A stretch of DNA of 64,000 nucleotides, taken from assembly GCA_963700985.1 (NCBI GenBank), contig OY969554.1, positions 64,001 through 128,000 of the forward strand, in the 5' to 3' direction. The notes beneath the pieces were generated by a model. The model did not search any database. It had not been told where the DNA came from and worked only from the letters and a program-made list of their open reading frames with translations. The DNA comes from an uncultured Chlamydiales bacterium (lineage in GTDB: Bacteria; Chlamydiota; Chlamydiia; Chlamydiales; Rhabdochlamydiaceae). The position numbers and the translations under genes were made by a program. This document shows, in pieces, positions 58,527-64,000 of this stretch. Position 1 is the stretch's first letter; every line of letters begins with the position of its first letter.

Positions 58527-60610
58527 AAGAACAGGCTTTCTTTTCTGAGTGTAAGATCCTTAACAAAAAAGTTTGTCCTTTGTGCGTATGACGTAAAATT
58601 CGCGATTTGTCGAAACATACTGCGATAGCTTATTCCAAAAGCGTTCACATGGGAGTCAAATCCATCTTCTTTTGTTGTTTTAAGATATGCGAGCTGCTCA
58701 TCTACTCGTGCCTCAGCAATTTTCCAAATCTCGGTTCGAAATTGTTCATGGCTTGATGAATTTACGCATAAAGAATATAGCACTCCCCAGAAGTTAGGTG
58801 GTGCTTTAAGAAAGCGTTCTTTCAAATTCTGGATCATATCGACTTGGTCACCCTTTATTTTGTAAAGGCGCATTAGCTCAATGTAGCTTTCGGCATATTG
58901 AGGGGTGATTTCAATGGCTTTTTCTAGAGCTTGTTGTGCAAGATCTAGATTGTATTCAATGTAACAAGGATGATTAGCAGAAGGTCGTAGTTTAGTCGGA
59001 TTCATTAAAAATCTTGCATATTCACAGAGCATCTCTCCAGATTTCCTCACGGATTCAATATCGCGAGCGGACTCTAAGATTAGTTGAGAGGCCTTTAGAA
59101 CCTCTTCGAGAGTGTTGCCCGAACAGAGTTGAATGCGTAGCATCCAATACCTGCCTTGATTTCGATATTGAGGTTCAAGCTTTAGGAGTAGCTTTTCTCC
59201 TTCGTCAATGAGGCCCGCATGAATTAAAGCATAAACCTGCTCCATTCTAATATGCCACGCCGGCTTCATTACATTTGCGGCTTCAAGAGTTTGAGCGTGT
59301 TCATCTAGGAGTTTTAGTGCGGGAGAAATATCACCAAAGAGTTGATAAATCCCGGCTATTAGAATGATAAGATCATGTCTGTGTTTTGGGTTTATTTTCT
59401 TGTTTTGGAGAAGTTCATCAAAAATCTTCTTCATTTCAGGCAGTTTTGCTCCAAATTGCCAGAGAAGAATAGTTTTTTGGAGAGATACTCTCCATGGGCT
59501 CTGGTGATTTTTGGGGATCCTTCGTTCTGCTAATTCCATTGTTTGAAGGGCTTCATCCCTTTCGTCAAGGTCTGCATAATATTGAGCTTGGTGTAACAAC
59601 CAGCGCCATTGGCAATCCGGAAGAAGATCCCTAGCTGTTTTAATGAAATACGAGGGTGAGGGTCGTAGCGTTCCCATTAGTTGAAATAGATGCAATTGCA
59701 GATGGCGAAAGCGACTTCTAGTTGGATAGTATTCGATACAACGATCAAGTTTTTCAAGGGCAGCACCATATTCGCCTTTGCCAATTTCGGCAAAGACTGC
59801 ATTTTGATAGGATGCTTCTAGCAGGAACGAAGGTGTATAGGGTTTAGTGGAAGCCTTTGGGGGATTTAACGTCAAACAGTAGGGAGATGCATCGATACCA
59901 GGATCAACATCCGGTCTTGAGTCAACATCAGAGATAGAAACAGAAGAAGGCGCTGCAACATCCAAAGAACTAGCTAGTGCTGCTGCTGGATGAATTGGAG
60001 TAAATGCCGCAGGGGAACTTAAAGGCAATGATGTATGAGCCGTCGCCCTTGCCGCTAGAGGACGCACTGGAGCTACAAAAGCTGAAGGCGCAGCAGCTGA
60101 GACAGAAGCGCCTGCAGAACTTGTCGAATGTTGCGCTGCAGAATGTGACCCAGAATGCGCCCATGGGTATTGCGCAGCAGAAACTCTTGATGGTGCACCA
60201 GCCCCAGACCCGAAGTAGAAATTTTGTACCACAGTTACTGTTTTTGGAGTGAAAGAAGAAGCGCTAGGACTTAGCGTTGAAAAGCGCGGAACTTTGCGCT
60301 CATATCTGTCAGCCTTATGTTCTTCGCTTCTAGAACTGTGTGAAAAACTGGGTGAGGGAGTGCTATTACTTGTGTTACTAGCGCTGCTAAAAGAAACCGC
60401 GGCACGTAGAGCTTGTCTTACAACTGGAGAGATGCTGGCTGCAGGTTCTACAGCTGGCGAACTCGAATGACTTGGGGTGCTAGTAGGGGTGGCATCAAAA
60501 ATAAGCGGGGATGCGCATGGGTGGCGTTCAAAAGGCGATAGCGGTGCAGTCGCATTTTCGACGATTACAGGAGCGCACGGGCTGCGATTAAAAGAGAGAG
60601 GTGTTGACAT
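58517..60610 (-). CDS. TPR/HAT-repeat protein with Ser/Pro-rich N-terminus (candidate effector)
   Basis: Helical repeats; SGEMLCEYAR, ALEKAIEITPQYAESYIEL. Confidence 0.75.
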   Translation of the reverse strand: MSTPLSFNRSPCAPVIVENATAPLSPFERHPCASPLIFDATPTSTPSHSSSPAVEPAASISPVVRQALRAAVSFSSASNTSNSTPSPSFSHSSRSEEHKADRYERKVPRFSTLSPSASSFTPKTVTVVQNFYFGSGAGAPSRVSAAQYPWAHSGSHSAAQHSTSSAGASVSAAAPSAFVAPVRPLAARATAHTSLPLSSPAAFTPIHPAAALASSLDVAAPSSVSISDVDSRPDVDPGIDASPYCLTLNPPKASTKPYTPSFLLEASYQNAVFAEIGKGEYGAALEKLDRCIEYYPTRSRFRHLQLHLFQLMGTLRPSPSYFIKTARDLLPDCQWRWLLHQAQYYADLDERDEALQTMELAERRIPKNHQSPWRVSLQKTILLWQFGAKLPEMKKIFDELLQNKKINPKHRHDLIILIAGIYQLFGDISPALKLLDEHAQTLEAANVMKPAWHIRMEQVYALIHAGLIDEGEKLLLKLEPQYRNQGRYWMLRIQLCSGNTLEEVLKASQLILESARDIESVRKSGEMLCEYARFLMNPTKLRPSANHPCYIEYNLDLAQQALEKAIEITPQYAESYIELMRLYKIKGDQVDMIQNLKERFLKAPPNFWGVLYSLCVNSSSHEQFRTEIWKIAEARVDEQLAYLKTTKEDGFDSHVNAFGISYRSMFRQIANFTSYAQRTNFFVKDLTLRKESLFFYA

Positions 60611-60809
60611 ATTAATATCTCCGGATTTCTTTTTTGTTAATTTTGTGTCGCATATTTTATTATTAATAATAGATAGTATCAAATATTAAAATAATAATCA
60701 GATGCGATTTTATTATTTATTCGCATGTTTAATTTAAGGTATTTTTTTGCAAACTATTGCTTTAAAAACTGAGACATAGGATAAAAAAATTGATTACCGG
60801 AGAATAAAA

Positions 60810-61988
60810 GTGAGACTGCGCATTATTTTAGGGCTGACTCTATTAGCAGCACACCTTTCGATAGAAGCCGCACCTGTGGACTTTGAAAGTCAAGTTCAAG
60901 GCGGCAATATCGGAGCTGTGGCCAAGGCTTTAGATAAGATCGATCTCACACATGAGAGCGATTTGGCAAGCGTGGTGGGAATATTACAAGGCTTAAATAA
61001 TTCCGATCTCAAAGCGGCCCTTAATCAATTACAACCCTCTTTTTATAATGGTTTTGCGCTGGCACAAGAAAACAACAGCATTCGTGTTGCCACGGCTATT
61101 TCGAAAAGGCTGGAAGAGCTCTATCTAACAGATTGTACTCGCTGGTGTGAACCCAATAAGGTCGGCGTGTGGGGCGATGTTTTTGGCGATTTTGCAACTC
61201 AAAATAATACACAGCATCAGGCGGGCTATCGCGTGAAAACGGGCGGCGCACTTGCTGGCGTAGATTACGGATGTTTAAACAACTTTTTCTTAGGTGCAAG
61301 TGCTGCCTATACTTATACAGATATCGATTGGAAAAAAGCTAAAGGCGATGGGCGCATCAATAGTTATTATGGAGGAATTTATGCCGCCTGGATTTCTGAT
61401 TTTGCCTATTTAGATGCATCAGCTTTGGGCGCATTTAATCAGTATCATGGCACGCGTAGAATACACTTTGCTGAGATCGATCGCGACGCTAGAAATAATC
61501 ATCATGGAGCAGAGTTTGATGCGCGTTTGGAAGGAGGCATATTTATTCCCTACAAAGGCTTGGATATCCGTCCGTATGATTCTCTTGAATATGTCTATGT
61601 GCATGAGAATCGCTATTCAGAAAGAGGTGCGGGTGATTTAGATCTCGCTATCCACTCGAAAAATTCAATGCTGCTGCGTAATGAACTCGGTTTAGGCTTG
61701 GCATTTTGCAGGACACTTGAGAGATGGAATATGGTGCCTGACTTCAAGCTTGGATGGATTCGTGAATGGCGATTTAAGGGTAAGCACACGACTGCCGAAT
61801 TCGAAGATACTGATGTAACATTCAAAGTGACGGGTATCAAACCCGATCGCAACCTCGTAAGCCCAAGCGTTGGCCTAACGGGTCTTTTCTACGAAGATCA
61901 AATGCAAGTAACTTTGCGTTATGATGCGGAGTTCGGAAAGAACTACCGCGATCAGAATGTCAATTTCCAGGTCTCTTACGCCTTTTGA
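60810..61988 (+). CDS. Autotransporter beta-domain protein with little or no passenger
   Basis: Signal peptide, ALNQLQP linker, barrel strands, terminal YAF. Confidence 0.88.
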   Translation: MRLRIILGLTLLAAHLSIEAAPVDFESQVQGGNIGAVAKALDKIDLTHESDLASVVGILQGLNNSDLKAALNQLQPSFYNGFALAQENNSIRVATAISKRLEELYLTDCTRWCEPNKVGVWGDVFGDFATQNNTQHQAGYRVKTGGALAGVDYGCLNNFFLGASAAYTYTDIDWKKAKGDGRINSYYGGIYAAWISDFAYLDASALGAFNQYHGTRRIHFAEIDRDARNNHHGAEFDARLEGGIFIPYKGLDIRPYDSLEYVYVHENRYSERGAGDLDLAIHSKNSMLLRNELGLGLAFCRTLERWNMVPDFKLGWIREWRFKGKHTTAEFEDTDVTFKVTGIKPDRNLVSPSVGLTGLFYEDQMQVTLRYDAEFGKNYRDQNVNFQVSYAF

Positions 61989-62001
61989 AAACCAAGATTT
62001 C

Positions 62002-62181
62002 ACCACAGAGTCACAGAGAAGGCGGAGTAAAGAAGAAAAATTATTTTTTCGTGAGCGAGGCGAAAAAACAATGCCCTCTCGGCTTCGCCGACGTTTACGC
62101 GGCGAGAGAATGTCATTTTTTGTTTCACTTACAAAACATGACTTCTTTTTCCGAACTCTGTGTTCTCTGTGACTCTGTGGT
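62002..62181. mobile_element. MITE-like palindromic element
   Basis: Perfect 19-bp inverted repeats ACCACAGAGTCACAGAGAA / TTCTCTGTGACTCTGTGGT with an internal imperfect hairpin. Confidence 0.7.
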
Positions 62182-62326
62182 TTGATTTGATTCTTTGATT
62201 CACTTTAACTAAGCAATTTTCATAAATATAAGTCATTGTTTATAAGTCGCTTATAATATAATTGATTATTGTTAAATATTTCGTTATAATCATTGCGTTA
62301 TTATTTAAATAATCAAGCTATAATTT

Positions 62327-64000
62327 ATGAGTTCAATTAATTTATTTACATTATCGACGCTTAGCTATCTGAACAAAGAGGGATTGAACGCGCTTTGGAA
62401 AACCTCAACAAAGGCACGAGAACAAGTAAGAAATTTCGATGAAAGACATCTGGAGTGGCAGCAGATCGTCCTGCGTGTGCTGGATGCGGTGAAGCTACAG
62501 TTTGAAAGCGTACTAGATGAGGGAATGCGCGATGATTTAAGACGGCATGCTGTGTTTTATCCCGAACGGATGACTAGATCCTATGCCCCTATTCAGCATA
62601 TTGCTCATGTAACCGAAGAACTGAGAGGTGAAGCGTATACACCTTATGAAAAACAGCTCATTTTGCGTGCGCTTCTTTCTATGACGTTACCCCTGCCACC
62701 CAGCGGTGTCTATGTTGCTCCTCCCAAAGAGCTTGCTGAATTTTCAGAAGGTATTGTGGGTAAAGGCACCATTCATGTGATGTACACGAATGAAATTGGC
62801 GTGCTTGTTCGTAATAGAAAAATGATCGCAAAAGTGATGCCTTTAGAGGGGACGCTTCTTCAAAAGGCAAATCCGGGCGTAAAAATATACGCTGCCAATA
62901 CCATCAATACTGTTTGTGCGGCATTTGAGACAACGAGGGCGCTGGGAATCGAACGTGTGGCACCTACGATGCGCCTCAAAAACGGAAGCGCGCTTCAGCA
63001 TTTTTATGAGAATTCTAGAGTTCTAGAGGAAGTTTTTGAAACTGAGGGCGCAGCTGAGAAGCTGCTGGGTTTTAATCCTATAAAAATACATCTGCATGTT
63101 TTGGCAAGTTTGCTCTCAGGACGTAGGGATGGGCATTCAAACAACACGATTTTTACACCCGATAATTTCTACGACATCGATGAAGAGCAAAACTTCTCAA
63201 CAAGATCCTGCATTGGGCTTAAACGAGACTACGTTAGAGCTTGTGAAGGACAGGGTCCTCTACAATATTTTGCAGGACTGCCTCAATGCGGGATTCCGCT
63301 TTCTCCTGCAGTTAAACGTCTTTTTGGTGGATGGTTTGGATGGAAAGACAAATGCATAAAAGTTTTGCAAAGAAATGGCTTGGAGGATCCTTTTGTAACA
63401 CAAGCCTTCCAAGAGCGTTGTTGTAGAATCCGCGCACTCTGCATGACCGCACATGCGTCTGTCCGAGATGCGTATTTTGCTCTACACGGTAAAGACTATC
63501 TATTTCAACGCGCGTGTATATTTCAGGTACCTCCTACACTCTTTTTTGGCGGTGGAGTTGAACATTATGATGATCAGGGCTATGACGCAGTTTGGAAACC
63601 TGCTGATGAATCGATAACTCTCAAAAATTATCTCGCACTGGCTTTTGCAGAAAAAATGCCCATGATAACTGAGATCACGATGGGAGGCTTCGCAAGTGAC
63701 CAGTATCCAGGAGATACGCTACACGAAGATCTTAACCGCAAGCTTTGGCGAAATGATACTGTCGAATGCATGGAAATTCCTAAAGGAACTTTTAATGAAG
63801 AACTCTATGCTCAACTCTGTGCAAATCATCCTGAGGCAAGCCCGGCCTTTCACTCTTATCTACTCTCGCTCTGTTTAGAGGGCTTTCCCAAACGCATGTC
63901 ACGGCAGTTTGCTGAACCGGGTATGTTTTTGTCTTTGATGCGTTTAGAAGTTAACACAGATTTGACAGGCAGACAGAGCCTGCTCATGCATTCACATCCT
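62327..64000 (+). CDS. PI4K type II-like (PI3/4-kinase fold) candidate effector, 3' end off window
   Basis: Open frame of 558 codons to the window end (manual translation); AAF..TRALG..VAPT, GSALQHF, DGHSNN, DIDEE, LPQC..PLS. Confidence 0.7.
   Translation, partial: MSSINLFTLSTLSYLNKEGLNALWKTSTKAREQVRNFDERHLEWQQIVLRVLDAVKLQFESVLDEGMRDDLRRHAVFYPERMTRSYAPIQHIAHVTEELRGEAYTPYEKQLILRALLSMTLPLPPSGVYVAPPKELAEFSEGIVGKGTIHVMYTNEIGVLVRNRKMIAKVMPLEGTLLQKANPGVKIYAANTINTVCAAFETTRALGIERVAPTMRLKNGSALQHFYENSRVLEEVFETEGAAEKLLGFNPIKIHLHVLASLLSGRRDGHSNNTIFTPDNFYDIDEEQNFSTRSCIGLKRDYVRACEGQGPLQYFAGLPQCGIPLSPAVKRLFGGWFGWKDKCIKVLQRNGLEDPFVTQAFQERCCRIRALCMTAHASVRDAYFALHGKDYLFQRACIFQVPPTLFFGGGVEHYDDQGYDAVWKPADESITLKNYLALAFAEKMPMITEITMGGFASDQYPGDTLHEDLNRKLWRNDTVECMEIPKGTFNEELYAQLCANHPEASPAFHSYLLSLCLEGFPKRMSRQFAEPGMFLSLMRLEVNTDLTGRQSLLMHSHP

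Overview
Window from an environmental Chlamydiae-like (host-associated) genome. The evidence is a Chlamydia-type tmRNA followed by ileS, a long chlamydial lepB and a conserved hypothetical, plus TyrP, BioY/BPL-N, Inc-like proteins and many eukaryote-like effectors. Bases 1-21.7 kb form an accessory tract 3' of the tmRNA. It holds at least five same-orientation hybrids of the tmRNA 3' end plus a shared foreign arm (inferred integration scars; no integrase in the window), and a REP-doublet family with remnants of its RAYT/TnpA-REP gene. The most notable protein system is a bufferin-like MNIO (DUF692)/DUF2063/DoxX RiPP cluster with a probably lipidated precursor carrying Cys every sixth residue. 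Other highlights: a putative leaderless Cys/Ser/Ala/Thr-rich leader peptide before an amino-acid symporter, a wHTH-DUF6314 gene divergent from bioY/BPL-N with a palindromic site, a PI4K-II-like effector missed by the ORF track, a CaaX-tailed GNAT split by an in-frame TGA, a protein resembling a mitochondrial presequence, and a GC-rich SDR/TetR insert. Family names come from motif recognition by eye; no database searches were run.
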